This document shows, piece by piece, positions 40,112 through 50,096 of a stretch of DNA of 64,000 nucleotides (position 1 is its first letter; the number at the start of each line of letters is the position of its first letter). The position numbers and the translations under genes were made by a program. The notes beneath the pieces were generated by a model. It saw only the letters and a list, made by a program, of their open reading frames with translations. It ran no database searches and was not told where the DNA came from. Origin of the DNA: Candidatus Helarchaeota archaeon (GTDB lineage: Archaea > Asgardarchaeota > Lokiarchaeia > Helarchaeales > RDOG01); assembly GCA_019058315.1 (NCBI GenBank), contig JAHPZH010000001.1, forward strand, positions 1,233,432-1,297,431, read 5' to 3'.

Positions 40112-40816
40112 TTATTTTGGGTTAAATTTGGCAGAAACTAGCGCATGATCACTGGAATATGGATCTAATTTTAGGACTTGAATTATTTCAAAATTATTTT
40201 TTTTCAAAATAGAAATTTGTTTGTCATAAATTTCTTCTGGTTTTTTTGTTACGTCTACACTTCGGGATTTTACACAAAGCAGGCTAAGACCACCATTTTT
40301 TAAAAACCAATTTGCATTATTCACAAGTATTTGGGCTTGTTCGGGCTGGGCAATATCACAATAAATCAAATCTACTTGATCTATAAGTAGCGAATATTTT
40401 TCTGGAAATCTAGCATCTCCAAAAATTGGAATTAGATTTGATCGAACTTTACAATGCTCTACAAATTCCCTTATTACACGTTGTGCAAATTCAAGACAAT
40501 ATATCGTTCCACCAGCTCCCATTATATCGGAAATATGGCTAGCAGTAGTGCCGGAAGCAGATCCTAAATATAATAATTTATCTTCTGTATTCGATTTGAT
40601 TGGTAAGTTTTTAAGATTTTTTAGTATAGCTGCTGCTAATTTACTCCTTCTAGCATTCCATAAACGATATTCTATCCCATTTATAGAAACTAAACGTTCA
40701 TCATATACTGTTTTTCCTGGAGTTAAATTTTTAGTAGCCAATCTATCTATTTCATCTTCTAATGTTATCCAGTAAATTCCAGGAAATTTTTCATGTGGTT
40801 TTATTTTTATCTTCAC
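40112..40816 (-). CDS. flpA: Fibrillarin (box C/D rRNA/tRNA 2'-O-methyltransferase)
   Basis: EYRLWNARRSKLAAAI, LYLGSASGTTASHISD, DARFP, DIAQPEQA, LDPYSSDH. Confidence 0.96.
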   Translation of the reverse strand: MKIKIKPHEKFPGIYWITLEDEIDRLATKNLTPGKTVYDERLVSINGIEYRLWNARRSKLAAAILKNLKNLPIKSNTEDKLLYLGSASGTTASHISDIMGAGGTIYCLEFAQRVIREFVEHCKVRSNLIPIFGDARFPEKYSLLIDQVDLIYCDIAQPEQAQILVNNANWFLKNGGLSLLCVKSRSVDVTKKPEEIYDKQISILKKNNFEIIQVLKLDPYSSDHALVSAKFNPK

Positions 40817-42084
40817 TTTTTACCCTTTTTTTGCTTTTTTTTATCGGACTTATTCCATTTCTTTCTTCTTTTTTTATCTCTCTTTTTCTTTTTTTCTTTT
40901 TTCTCTTTGATAACTTCTTTTTTCTTCTTTGGTGGTTCTTTATACTTAGCATTTAGCGCATTAATCGTTGAATTTAAGCTATCTAAAAGATCATCAGCTA
41001 CATATTCGCCTGAAAAGGCATCTACCCTAGCTGCAATAGATAATTTGCTTGCAGTGGCTCTTGCTATTTTTCCACGGAGCCACCACTTCGCATTATAAAT
41101 AGGTTCCCATTGAAAAATAATTCCATGTTTTGGAGGTTTTGCTCCGGTTTTAAGAGAACGGAATAAAGCTCGCTCTGCTCCTAATACCTGTACAGTTGAA
41201 GAAGGTTTTTGCGCTAGCTCCATTATACCACCAGCTGCGCTTATCAAACGTGCTCCTAGCATAGCCCCTACCATGCCACGAAGATTTGGAGCAACTTCCA
41301 ACATTGCCTCATCTATATATTTTGCAAGAGTATCTCTTAATTTATATAGAACTACTCCTTCGGAAGCAAAATGTTGTAATGGTAGCAGATCAATCTCTTG
41401 GATTTGTGATCCCATAGAGTTTTTTGCTAAACTAGAAATTTTTTTGGCTTTCTCTTGCGTATAATTCATAATTTCAGTTAATTCATTAACTTTATATTTG
41501 GTTCTGAATCCAAATTGAGAAATTAGTTTTAAAAATGTCGTATGATTTGATATCTCTTTATCTAATTCAGGAAAATGAAGACCATACCATTCCCTCATAC
41601 GGGCAGAAAAAATATTTAGAGCCTTATCGATATCATCAACTGATTCTATTGCTTGAATAATTAATTTATCCTTTCTCTCAGATGCTTTTTTTACCTTTTT
41701 TCTAGTTAATTGAATATTTATTTCTTGGAGATATTTTTTAAATTCGTCCTCAGTTTTAAAAACATTTAAACTCTTGCCTAATTCGAAAAGTTTAGCTCTA
41801 ACTTTTTTCCCAACGGGACTTGGTTTCTCGATTTGAATCTTAAATTTAAATTTTTCCTTAATCTCTTGAGCCAATTCATTATCTTCTAATAGTAATTCAT
41901 TAACTTCTTTTTCTTTAATGTCATTTAATAATTCAATAAATTCAGGAATTAATTTATTCGCTTGAACAGAATAAAGCTTTTCAGCAACATCATCTCTTTT
42001 TACAAATAATTTCTTGCTGAATATTTCTCCATTTTCATTAAATGCGAAAATTCCCATTATATTAGGCAAAATCGTAACTGTCAA
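40813..42084 (-). CDS. nop5: Nop5 (Nop56/58) box C/D RNP protein
   Basis: REWYGLHFPEL, APNL, PSSTVQVLGAERALF, PKHGIIF, RGKIARA, and a lysine-rich tail. A GTGA overlap couples it to fibrillarin. Confidence 0.96.
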   Translation of the reverse strand: MTVTILPNIMGIFAFNENGEIFSKKLFVKRDDVAEKLYSVQANKLIPEFIELLNDIKEKEVNELLLEDNELAQEIKEKFKFKIQIEKPSPVGKKVRAKLFELGKSLNVFKTEDEFKKYLQEINIQLTRKKVKKASERKDKLIIQAIESVDDIDKALNIFSARMREWYGLHFPELDKEISNHTTFLKLISQFGFRTKYKVNELTEIMNYTQEKAKKISSLAKNSMGSQIQEIDLLPLQHFASEGVVLYKLRDTLAKYIDEAMLEVAPNLRGMVGAMLGARLISAAGGIMELAQKPSSTVQVLGAERALFRSLKTGAKPPKHGIIFQWEPIYNAKWWLRGKIARATASKLSIAARVDAFSGEYVADDLLDSLNSTINALNAKYKEPPKKKKEVIKEKKEKKKKRDKKRRKKWNKSDKKKQKKGKK

Positions 42085-42331
42085 TTAGGAATTCCTCTTG
42101 ATAAATTTTGTATTTAATATCCTTAATCTAATAATTAAAATTATTGTGCAAGAAATAATTTATCAATCTTATTAATCCAAAATAAATTTTAAAAAAAGTA
42201 AATTAATCCAATAAATTACATTAGATAGTAGTAATTTACCCCCACTTCCCGACATTCCATTTTTAAATTAACCTAATTTTATTTTTAAATAGAGATGGTG
42301 CAATTTTATGCCTTAAATTAAATACTCATTT

Positions 42332-43522
42332 CTATTTTGAATTTTTTTTAGTCTTAAGTAATTTAATAAGTTGTTGTTCCAAAATTTGAGCTGGAACATC
42401 ATGCAAAGTAATTTTTAAAGGTTTTTTATGTATAATTTTTGATTGATTATATAATTGAATAATTAATCCTAAGTCTATAAGCTGTTTGATTGATTTTGTG
42501 AACATATTCTGTGTTTTAGGTTTCATACCAAATTCTTCACAGACAATTTTGAAATAAGAATATGCTTCCTTAATGCTCACATCTGGACAATCTTCAATTA
42601 AAAGGCATCTTGCTAAAGCTAAAATGGCAAATAATTCATTTTTTTTCAGAGTCTTTAGAATTTTTGATGAAGTCTCTGGAAAAATATAATTTTTAGCTTC
42701 CCGGACCATTTCTGCAGTTATTATATTTTTGTCATTTTTGCTACAATCTGCGATTTTGCCTGCATGATATAAGATTTCTATAGCATGTCGAGCATTCTGA
42801 GTGTTTGAAGCCACATCAGCGATCATTTCTATTATTTCACGATTAATTACTCCTTGTTTAAAAGCTTCAACCCTAGAATTTAATATTTGAATTAGATCGT
42901 CCTTTGAATACCCTTCTAATTTAATATGATCATTAATTCTTCCAGAGAGATTAACGTTTAGTATTTTCTTAAAGAAATAATCCCTTGAAATTAGGATATA
43001 ATAAATATTTGGTTCTGTAAATTGTAGAAAAAATAGGATTTCATCAGTATTAAGAACATGAATCTCATCTAAAATTAATAAAAGCTTTTTACTGTCCCTT
43101 TTTAATCGATTGTGCAGGTCTAGTAATAAATTTTCAGGTTCAAAACCTCGACTAGTGGCATCATAAAGTTTCGATAATAAATGATATAAAATAGCAGATT
43201 TAGATCTATAAGTATAACAATTACAATATTGATATTCTATCTTCTTATTTAAGGATTTAGATAAATCTACAAGTCTTTCGCAGAAATATTTTGCAAGAAC
43301 AGTTTTTCCTACTCCTGATTTTCCACTTAGTGCTATATTGACTGGAAAATTTACCTTATCTTTAAAAATAGGTCTAAAATCTCGACTTATTCTTTCTAAT
43401 TCCTTTTCTCTTCTTGGTAGTTGTTCAGGTATATATTCTCGAAAAAGTTTTGTTTCATCTTTAAAGACCGAAGTCCCAAAAAGGGTATTTCTAAAGATTT
43501 CATCAAAAATATCTGATGTCAT
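42332..43522 (-). CDS. cdc6: Orc1/Cdc6 replication initiator family protein
   Basis: EYIPEQLPRRE, GKSGVGKT, LILDEI, NARHAIEIL, and a C-terminal winged helix. Confidence 0.9.
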   Translation of the reverse strand: MTSDIFDEIFRNTLFGTSVFKDETKLFREYIPEQLPRREKELERISRDFRPIFKDKVNFPVNIALSGKSGVGKTVLAKYFCERLVDLSKSLNKKIEYQYCNCYTYRSKSAILYHLLSKLYDATSRGFEPENLLLDLHNRLKRDSKKLLLILDEIHVLNTDEILFFLQFTEPNIYYILISRDYFFKKILNVNLSGRINDHIKLEGYSKDDLIQILNSRVEAFKQGVINREIIEMIADVASNTQNARHAIEILYHAGKIADCSKNDKNIITAEMVREAKNYIFPETSSKILKTLKKNELFAILALARCLLIEDCPDVSIKEAYSYFKIVCEEFGMKPKTQNMFTKSIKQLIDLGLIIQLYNQSKIIHKKPLKITLHDVPAQILEQQLIKLLKTKKNSK

Positions 43523-43550
43523 TAAATTTCAACATAAAAAAAGAAATTGT

Positions 43551-44690
43551 CTATGGGTCTTTAATCCCATTTTCGTAAATCATGAATACTGCTTCTCTCT
43601 CCGGTAGACATGGGGAGTCGACCATTCTTGCGATCCGCTTTTCGCCTTTGGACTTTCGAAGATAAATTCTATATGTCGAAGCATGTGCTAGAACATGACC
43701 TCCAACTGGTTGGGTCGGATCTCCAAAGAATATTCCTGGTGCAGCCATAACTTGATTAGTTATAAAAACCGCAAGATTATAAGCCTCTCCAATTTGAAGA
43801 AGTTTATGAATGAATTTATTGAGTTTTTGTTGTCTATCAGCGAGTGTTCCTCTTCCAATATATTCAGAGCGAAAATGACTAATTATAGAATCAACTACAA
43901 TTAGTTTAATATTATTTTCTTTAATTATAGCAGGTAATTTATCGACTATTAATTGTTGATGGGCGGAATTATAAGATCTTGCGTAAATAACATTGTCCAA
44001 CATAGTTTTTGGGTCTAATTCAGGATATTTTTCTGCTATTTCTAATAATCTTTCCGGTCTAAAGGTCCCTTCAGCATCAATATATACAGCCTTAGCTTCT
44101 AAACCACCTTTTTCTTTTGGTAATTGAACTGTCACACATAATTGGTGAGCTATTTGTGTTTTCCCAGTTCTAAATTCTCCATAAACCTCAATCAATGAAC
44201 GTGTTTCAACTCCTCCACCAATCATTTCGTCGAATTGTTCGCACCCAGTTGTAAATCTATCCATAGCTTTTCTATTATCTAGGACTTCTGCAGCTGTAGA
44301 AAAACCTATTTCTAATTTGTCTCTTGCAGCTTGAATTATTTTTCCCATAGTTGATTCACCAATTGAGGTCAAAGAACTCACTTCGTTTGGCGATGCAACT
44401 GCAAGGGCTTCAACTGAACCATAACCTGCTTCTTTTAACTTATCCGCAATAGCAGGTCCAACTCCATTAAGATCTTCTATATTAATTTCTTCTTCCAGAC
44501 TAACTTCTATTTTTTTCTTTACTTTAGAATTTTTTTTGTCAGATTTTTTACTTTTTTTTGTTTTTTTAATTTCGCTAGTTTCATCTTCTTCCGAATCAAT
44601 TGTATCTAATTCTTCTAGAGCTTCATCCTCTTCTTCGGTTTTAGTATTCTTTTTTGTAGTAGTTTTAGTTGTTGCCAATTTTTTTTTCAC
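43551..44690 (-). CDS. radA: DNA repair and recombination protein RadA with a charged N-terminal extension
   Basis: HhH N-domain, GEFRTGKTQ, YIDAEGTFRPER, IVVDS, GRGTLADRQQ, TNQV, GGHVLAHAS. An alternative TTG start at 44678 follows AGGTGA. Confidence 0.96.
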   Translation of the reverse strand: MKKKLATTKTTTKKNTKTEEEDEALEELDTIDSEEDETSEIKKTKKSKKSDKKNSKVKKKIEVSLEEEINIEDLNGVGPAIADKLKEAGYGSVEALAVASPNEVSSLTSIGESTMGKIIQAARDKLEIGFSTAAEVLDNRKAMDRFTTGCEQFDEMIGGGVETRSLIEVYGEFRTGKTQIAHQLCVTVQLPKEKGGLEAKAVYIDAEGTFRPERLLEIAEKYPELDPKTMLDNVIYARSYNSAHQQLIVDKLPAIIKENNIKLIVVDSIISHFRSEYIGRGTLADRQQKLNKFIHKLLQIGEAYNLAVFITNQVMAAPGIFFGDPTQPVGGHVLAHASTYRIYLRKSKGEKRIARMVDSPCLPEREAVFMIYENGIKDP

Positions 44691-44807
44691 CTTATTACTA
44701 TGACATTAATTACAATATTATAAAGGGAAATAGAGAGAGACAGAGAAGTATGAAAAATAAAAAAAGTAAAAGTATTTATGTTTCTAAATTAAAAAAATAG
44801 CATTTAA

Positions 44808-45632
44808 TTATTCAATTTTTATTTTAGAGCCATTTTTAGTTAATTTTAACCTACCAAAATCTGATAATTCTTTTAACTGTGATGAATCAATTACCGGTCC
44901 ATCTAAGCAAACTCTAAATTTGCCATTCAAAACACATTTTCCACAAATCCCTATTCCACAACCAATATATCTTTCAAGTGAAAACTGTGCATTAATATTA
45001 TGCTCGATGGCAAATTCAAGTACTTTAAACATCATAAGTTCTGGACCACAACAATAGATTTGATCAATTTTGTGCTCCTCAAAAATATAATCTAATTGAT
45101 CCGTGCAATATTTACTTTTAATTCCCATACAGCCATCTTCAGTTGTAATATGAAGATTGCTATATTTTTCAAAGATATCGAGGAAAAAAATGTCCGATTC
45201 GGTTTTAAAGCCCAATAAACTGGTTATATTTAATTTATTTTTAAGTAATTCCTTAAGCAAATATCTTAAAGGTGCTAATCCAAATCCTCCTCCAACAAGA
45301 AGAACATTATTCCCTTGAATAGTAAAACCCTTACCTAGAGGCCCCATTAATCCTATTTTATCACCAATTTTTAGTTTCTCATACATGTAAGTTGTAGTTT
45401 TTCCGATTTTTTTTACTGTAAAAGATAGAAGGTCATTTTCAAAATCAGAAATGCTAAAAGGTTTCATATTGAACTTTGGAATCCAAATATTGCAAAATTT
45501 ACCAGGAGCAATATTTTCAAATTTATAACCTTCGATATAACTTCCTAATTTAAAAGTTTTAACATAAGCAGATTCTTCTTTAATTTCCTTAATTATAACC
45601 GGTTTTGGGATTTTTTCATTGGAAAAATTCAT
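44808..45632 (-). CDS. pyrK: Dihydroorotate dehydrogenase electron-transfer subunit
   Basis: KPFSIS, GPLGKGF, GGGFGLAPL, CGPELM, CGIGICGKC...VCLDGP; adjacent to pyrD. Confidence 0.92.
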   Translation of the reverse strand: MNFSNEKIPKPVIIKEIKEESAYVKTFKLGSYIEGYKFENIAPGKFCNIWIPKFNMKPFSISDFENDLLSFTVKKIGKTTTYMYEKLKIGDKIGLMGPLGKGFTIQGNNVLLVGGGFGLAPLRYLLKELLKNKLNITSLLGFKTESDIFFLDIFEKYSNLHITTEDGCMGIKSKYCTDQLDYIFEEHKIDQIYCCGPELMMFKVLEFAIEHNINAQFSLERYIGCGIGICGKCVLNGKFRVCLDGPVIDSSQLKELSDFGRLKLTKNGSKIKIE

Positions 45633-45649
45633 AAATCAAGCCTTAATTT

Positions 45650-46672
45650 TTATTTATAACGTTCTTCAATAACCTTTATTACTTTACCTCTAAATTCTGA
45701 AATCTTATTATATCCTTGTTTATACATTATCTTTTTTAATTCATTGGATATACTATTAAAGCATTCTACAGGATTTTTATAATAAGAAATTGCAGAACCT
45801 ATTTGTACACACTCTACACCTAATAATAAAAATCTCATTACGTCCTCTGCATTTCGAATTCCGCCTACACCTATAACGGGAATATTTGACCTGTTATTTT
45901 TTCGTAAATATAGAATAATATCAGCTAATTTCTTTTGAGCAATACACCTAATCGAAGGTCCAGATTGTCCCCCAAAATAATTAGCAAGAACTGGCATTTC
46001 TAAATAGGGATCAATTTCAAGAGCTTGAACTGTATTTATAGCAGATATTCCATCAATTCCGTTGGATATAGCTATTTTAACAAATTCAGTAATGTCTGTG
46101 ACATTAGGAGATAATTTAATAATAAATTTTGTATTGTTCTTCTTAATTTTCTTCAAATCTTTTAAAATCTGATCTGTTTTGTCTGGCATTTGACCAATTA
46201 TTAATTTGCGTGATTTAGGATCAGAGTGAGGACATGAGATATTTAATTCAAATATTTTTACACCTACATCTTGAAAACTACCGATAATTGTGCTAAATTC
46301 TTCTTCGTTTCCACCCCAAACACTGATTATTAACGGAATTTTATTAAAATCAATATTATATTCTTTTATATTTTTAACAAATTTCTGGTAACCTGGATTT
46401 GGAAGACCCACTGCATTAACAAAAACATTTTCCATTGGTTTTATGACAATAGGATTTACATAACCTTCTTTCGGTTTAAAACCAATGGATTTCGAAATTA
46501 CAGCACCTGCACCTGCTTTAAGTATTTGCATTAATGATTCAAGTGAAACTCCTAAAATTCCAGAAGCTAATATTAGTGGATTCTTTAATTTCAAATCAAA
46601 TAAGTCTATTGAAGTATCTATAGCCTTAATTTCTTTAGCATCATCTTTTTTTTGAAATTGAATTTTAATCAT
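45650..46672 (-). CDS. pyrD: Dihydroorotate dehydrogenase family 1B catalytic subunit
   Basis: NPLILASG, NAVGLPNPG, ELNISCPH, KLSPN, AINT, GGQSGP, IGVGGI. Confidence 0.93.
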   Translation of the reverse strand: MIKIQFQKKDDAKEIKAIDTSIDLFDLKLKNPLILASGILGVSLESLMQILKAGAGAVISKSIGFKPKEGYVNPIVIKPMENVFVNAVGLPNPGYQKFVKNIKEYNIDFNKIPLIISVWGGNEEEFSTIIGSFQDVGVKIFELNISCPHSDPKSRKLIIGQMPDKTDQILKDLKKIKKNNTKFIIKLSPNVTDITEFVKIAISNGIDGISAINTVQALEIDPYLEMPVLANYFGGQSGPSIRCIAQKKLADIILYLRKNNRSNIPVIGVGGIRNAEDVMRFLLLGVECVQIGSAISYYKNPVECFNSISNELKKIMYKQGYNKISEFRGKVIKVIEERYK

Positions 46673-46769
46673 CTAAATATTTTTTAATAATTTGTTGAAC
46701 TTTCAGATATTAATTTTATCAGTATTAATTTTCAAAAAATTTATAATATTATTGAAGGAAGTGAATAAT

Positions 46770-47126
46770 ATGTTAAAGATTCTAATTAACGTATGGTATC
46801 CAATTGAGAAAAGTAATGAAGTTGTGGAAAAATTCATTGAAGTTGAAAAGTTTTATCCTATAAATTCGCCTTTAATAAAACCTTTAACAACATGGGAATC
46901 ATGGGCAACTAAAACTGGTATAAAGGGAACAGGTATATTTAAAGTGATAAAAGGGAAATTTAAGGATACTTTAAATTTTTTTATTAGACGCTTGAGCATG
47001 TACGCGCAAGATATCGAGGGATATACCTTTGAAATAGCCGCATCATTACCGAGTAAGAAAGGAAAAACATTAATAGGGAAAGATTTATCTGAATTTTTAA
47101 TTCCGGAGGATAAAAATGGAACTTAA
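46770..47126 (+). CDS. Hypothetical protein (small alpha/beta family, recalled as common in Asgard archaea)
   Basis: ATG at 46770 after GGAAGTGA; WYP..K..EVVEKF...TGIKG...IEGYTFEI. Confidence 0.7.
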   Translation: MLKILINVWYPIEKSNEVVEKFIEVEKFYPINSPLIKPLTTWESWATKTGIKGTGIFKVIKGKFKDTLNFFIRRLSMYAQDIEGYTFEIAASLPSKKGKTLIGKDLSEFLIPEDKNGT

Positions 47127-48066
47127 AGAGATAGCAAAGGATATATATGCTTGTTTGCAGGAAGATAGGGGATTTGGATGGAATAACGCTGGGTTCGTGA
47201 ATCTAGGTGGAGGGTTGGCTATTGACACATTTTATGATTTGAACCTTACTAGGCAGATGATCAAGCTCTATAAAACTATATCACCTGAACCAGCACAACG
47301 ACTCGTGAATACCCATCACAATGGAGATCATACTTGGGGTAATCAGCTTTTTAAAGACGCTGAGATTATCGCACACCGCCTCTGTGCTGAAAAAATGAAA
47401 GAAGAAAAGAAGATTAACTTACCAGCATTCTTACTGTCAGGGCAACAAAACCCTAAGGCTTTTCCATCAAAATTGAAGCCGTTTATAGATGCTATGAGTG
47501 AGTTTGACTTTTCTGGGATTGAAATTACACTGCCAAATCACTTATTCGAAGATAAGTTAGATCTTGATCTAGATGGCTATCCTTGCCAACTCATTTATGT
47601 TGGCCCAGCACACACTCCAGGTGATATAATTGTATATCTTCCCGAGCATAGTATCATCTTTGCCGGTGATATTGTCTTCAGGCAATGCACGCCAGTTGGT
47701 TGGGAAGGCACACATGCTAAGTGGATTGAAGCGTTAGATCTTGTGTTATCCTTTGAGCCCGAGGTTGTTGTCCCTGGACATGGCCCACTCTGTGGTGTCG
47801 AAGGAGTGAAGGAGCTACGAGGGTACTTTGAGTTCGTCTATTCCGAGGCTAAGCGTTTCTTTGATGAGGGCCTTGACCCTCTTGAGGCATCGAAGAAAAT
47901 CGATCTTGGATCTTATACAAAATGGAATGAACCCGAACGACTATTCTTTAATGTTAATAGAGCTTATCGCGAGTTCCGGAATGTAGAACCATGGGATGCA
48001 CCCTATAACGCAATAAATCTTTTCCTTAAATGTCAGGAGTTGCGGGTTCACTGGGATGGAAAATAA
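47116..48066 (+). CDS. MBL-fold metallo-hydrolase (cyclase-like)
   Basis: NAGFV, IDTF, NTHHNGDHTWGN, AHTPGD, FAGD, VPGHG. Confidence 0.9.
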   Translation: MELKEIAKDIYACLQEDRGFGWNNAGFVNLGGGLAIDTFYDLNLTRQMIKLYKTISPEPAQRLVNTHHNGDHTWGNQLFKDAEIIAHRLCAEKMKEEKKINLPAFLLSGQQNPKAFPSKLKPFIDAMSEFDFSGIEITLPNHLFEDKLDLDLDGYPCQLIYVGPAHTPGDIIVYLPEHSIIFAGDIVFRQCTPVGWEGTHAKWIEALDLVLSFEPEVVVPGHGPLCGVEGVKELRGYFEFVYSEAKRFFDEGLDPLEASKKIDLGSYTKWNEPERLFFNVNRAYREFRNVEPWDAPYNAINLFLKCQELRVHWDGK

Positions 48067-48179
48067 AATGATTTACATTATAACAATAAAATAATAATAA
48101 GGATTTTCTTATTTTTTGTAATTAGAGGATTTAGTTGAAAAAAATTTAAAAATTATCTATACTTTGTCGAAACGGTTTA

Positions 48180-48851
48180 ATGAAAATGATGCTTTTTGAT
48201 TTTCATATACATAGTGAATGGTCAGACGGGGACAATAGTTTAGAGGAAATTATGAAAGCAGCTAAGGATAAAGGATTAGAAATTATTGGAATTAATGACC
48301 ATTTGTCCAGTATAAAAGCATCCATACCACTGGAATCAGAAGCTTTACAAGATTATTTACTAGATATTCGAGAAATTAGTCAAACAATCGGAATAAAAGC
48401 TTTAGCGGGTTTAGAAATTGATATTTATCCACCAGATGATTTAGATATTGAAGTATTAAACAAGTATGATTATCTAATATTTGAAAATATTATGGGATTA
48501 CCAAAAATCAAAGCAATTTGTGAATTTTCTAAAAAAATTCAAGGACCTCTTATAGGTTTAGCACATACAGAATTGAGATATCCAGAGCCAATCTTTCGTA
48601 AAGTAATAAAACTTTTAGAAGATAACAATATATTCATCGAATTAAATGCAAATTACACACAAAATTATGAAGCTTCACATGATTTATTTAAAATAATCGC
48701 AGAATCTAAAATTGGGATTTCAATTGGATCTGATTCTCATTCAATAAAAACTCTTGGATTATTTAATTATGCTATTGAATTTTTAGAAAATTTTAAAATA
48801 AATATAGAAGATCGGCTTGTGCTTTTAAAAAAATTTAAAACAGGTCCTTAA
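48180..48851 (+). CDS. PHP-domain phosphoesterase
   Basis: DFHIHSEWSDG, INDH, GLEID, LAH, ELN, GSDSH. Confidence 0.88.
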   Translation: MKMMLFDFHIHSEWSDGDNSLEEIMKAAKDKGLEIIGINDHLSSIKASIPLESEALQDYLLDIREISQTIGIKALAGLEIDIYPPDDLDIEVLNKYDYLIFENIMGLPKIKAICEFSKKIQGPLIGLAHTELRYPEPIFRKVIKLLEDNNIFIELNANYTQNYEASHDLFKIIAESKIGISIGSDSHSIKTLGLFNYAIEFLENFKINIEDRLVLLKKFKTGP

Positions 48852-48853
48852 AA

Positions 48854-49978
48854 GTGCCTAAGAAAAAAAAGAAACGAATGAGTCTTGAAAATCTAAAGGA
48901 TTTAGAAGCTGAGCCAGAAAAAATTCCAAAAGTTAATAAAATACCTCAAAAACCCACTGAATCCAAATCTATAATTCAAGAAAAATCACCTTCTAATGAA
49001 CTGGTAAATGAAGAATTAGAGAAGCTATTTGAACAATTGAATAAATGGAAAATTGCGCGTCGAGTTAATTCTGATATGCAGATGCAATATAGAGATACGG
49101 TGCGCGAATGTAAAGAAATAAGAGAAGATCTAAAAAAGGAAATTGCAGATATCAGAACAGTTGCGAATACTGCGAAAAATCAGCGGGATAAGATAAATGA
49201 AAAAGTAAATGAACTAAAAAAGCAAAGAAGCGAGGCAAATGAGAAAATAAAGGAATACAAAAATAAACGAGATGAAAAATGGACTGAAGTTAAACAAATT
49301 AGAGAACAATTTCGAAATATGATCAATCAAAAAAAGGACTTACGTGAAAAATTATTCAAAGCTAAACAATTATCCCAAATCATTGAATCATTAGATTGGG
49401 AATTACAGACTGTTTCTATGGATTGGGAAAAAGAGTGCGAATTAATGGATCAAATTGAAGATATGTTTCACCAATTTGAACAAATTAAAGAGGTTAAAAA
49501 ATTTAAAGATATATCAAACATATTGGATAATTATTCAAGTCAACTTGATAAATTAAGAACGGAAGCAAATCAATATCACCAATTAATGTTAGATTTTGTT
49601 GAAGAATCAAATTTCATTCATAATCAAATTTTAGAGTCAGTTAACGAGTCCGATCAATATCATTCGGAAATGATTACAAATTTTGAAAAGACTAGCAAGC
49701 TTCAGATTCAAGAAGAAGAAGCACATCAAAACATGATGAATGCAGTTCAAGAATTAAATCTATTGAAAAAAGGAGAACAAGAAATCGAAAAGGAACTCCA
49801 AATAGTAAGAAAAAAGCTTGGTAAATTACGAGAAAAAGAGGAGGCATTGAAATCTAAAGAAACCAAAAAAATTCTAGATGAGAAAGCCCAAAAAATATTA
49901 AAGAAATATAAAGCTGGTCAAAAATTAACGATTAATGAATTTCGAATTTTGATGAGAACTGATAAATTGAAAGAATAA
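48854..49978 (+). CDS. Archaeal coiled-coil protein (COG1340-like)
   Basis: RDKINEKVNELKKQR, LDWELQTVSM..EKECELM, AN.YHQ repeats, C-terminal KYKAGQKLTINEF. Confidence 0.75.
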   Translation: MPKKKKKRMSLENLKDLEAEPEKIPKVNKIPQKPTESKSIIQEKSPSNELVNEELEKLFEQLNKWKIARRVNSDMQMQYRDTVRECKEIREDLKKEIADIRTVANTAKNQRDKINEKVNELKKQRSEANEKIKEYKNKRDEKWTEVKQIREQFRNMINQKKDLREKLFKAKQLSQIIESLDWELQTVSMDWEKECELMDQIEDMFHQFEQIKEVKKFKDISNILDNYSSQLDKLRTEANQYHQLMLDFVEESNFIHNQILESVNESDQYHSEMITNFEKTSKLQIQEEEAHQNMMNAVQELNLLKKGEQEIEKELQIVRKKLGKLREKEEALKSKETKKILDEKAQKILKKYKAGQKLTINEFRILMRTDKLKE

Positions 49979-50096
49979 ATAATTTCTTATTAAATACTAA
50001 TAAGATTTAGTTTTTTTATTACTCAAAGTCAAATAATGTTAAAAGTTTTTATTTTCGTACATTACTAAAGTCTTGATTACCTTTCGGTGAACTTGA

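Noticed and set aside
42085-42331. Possible replication origin next to cdc6 (C-run in ACCCCCACTTCCCGACATTCCA, AT-rich flanks)
   Set aside because: There is only one G-string-like element, no TTCCAxTGGAA-type ORB core and no repeated or inverted copy. The region must also hold the nop5 promoter. An Ori-Finder or ORB scan would be needed to revisit this.
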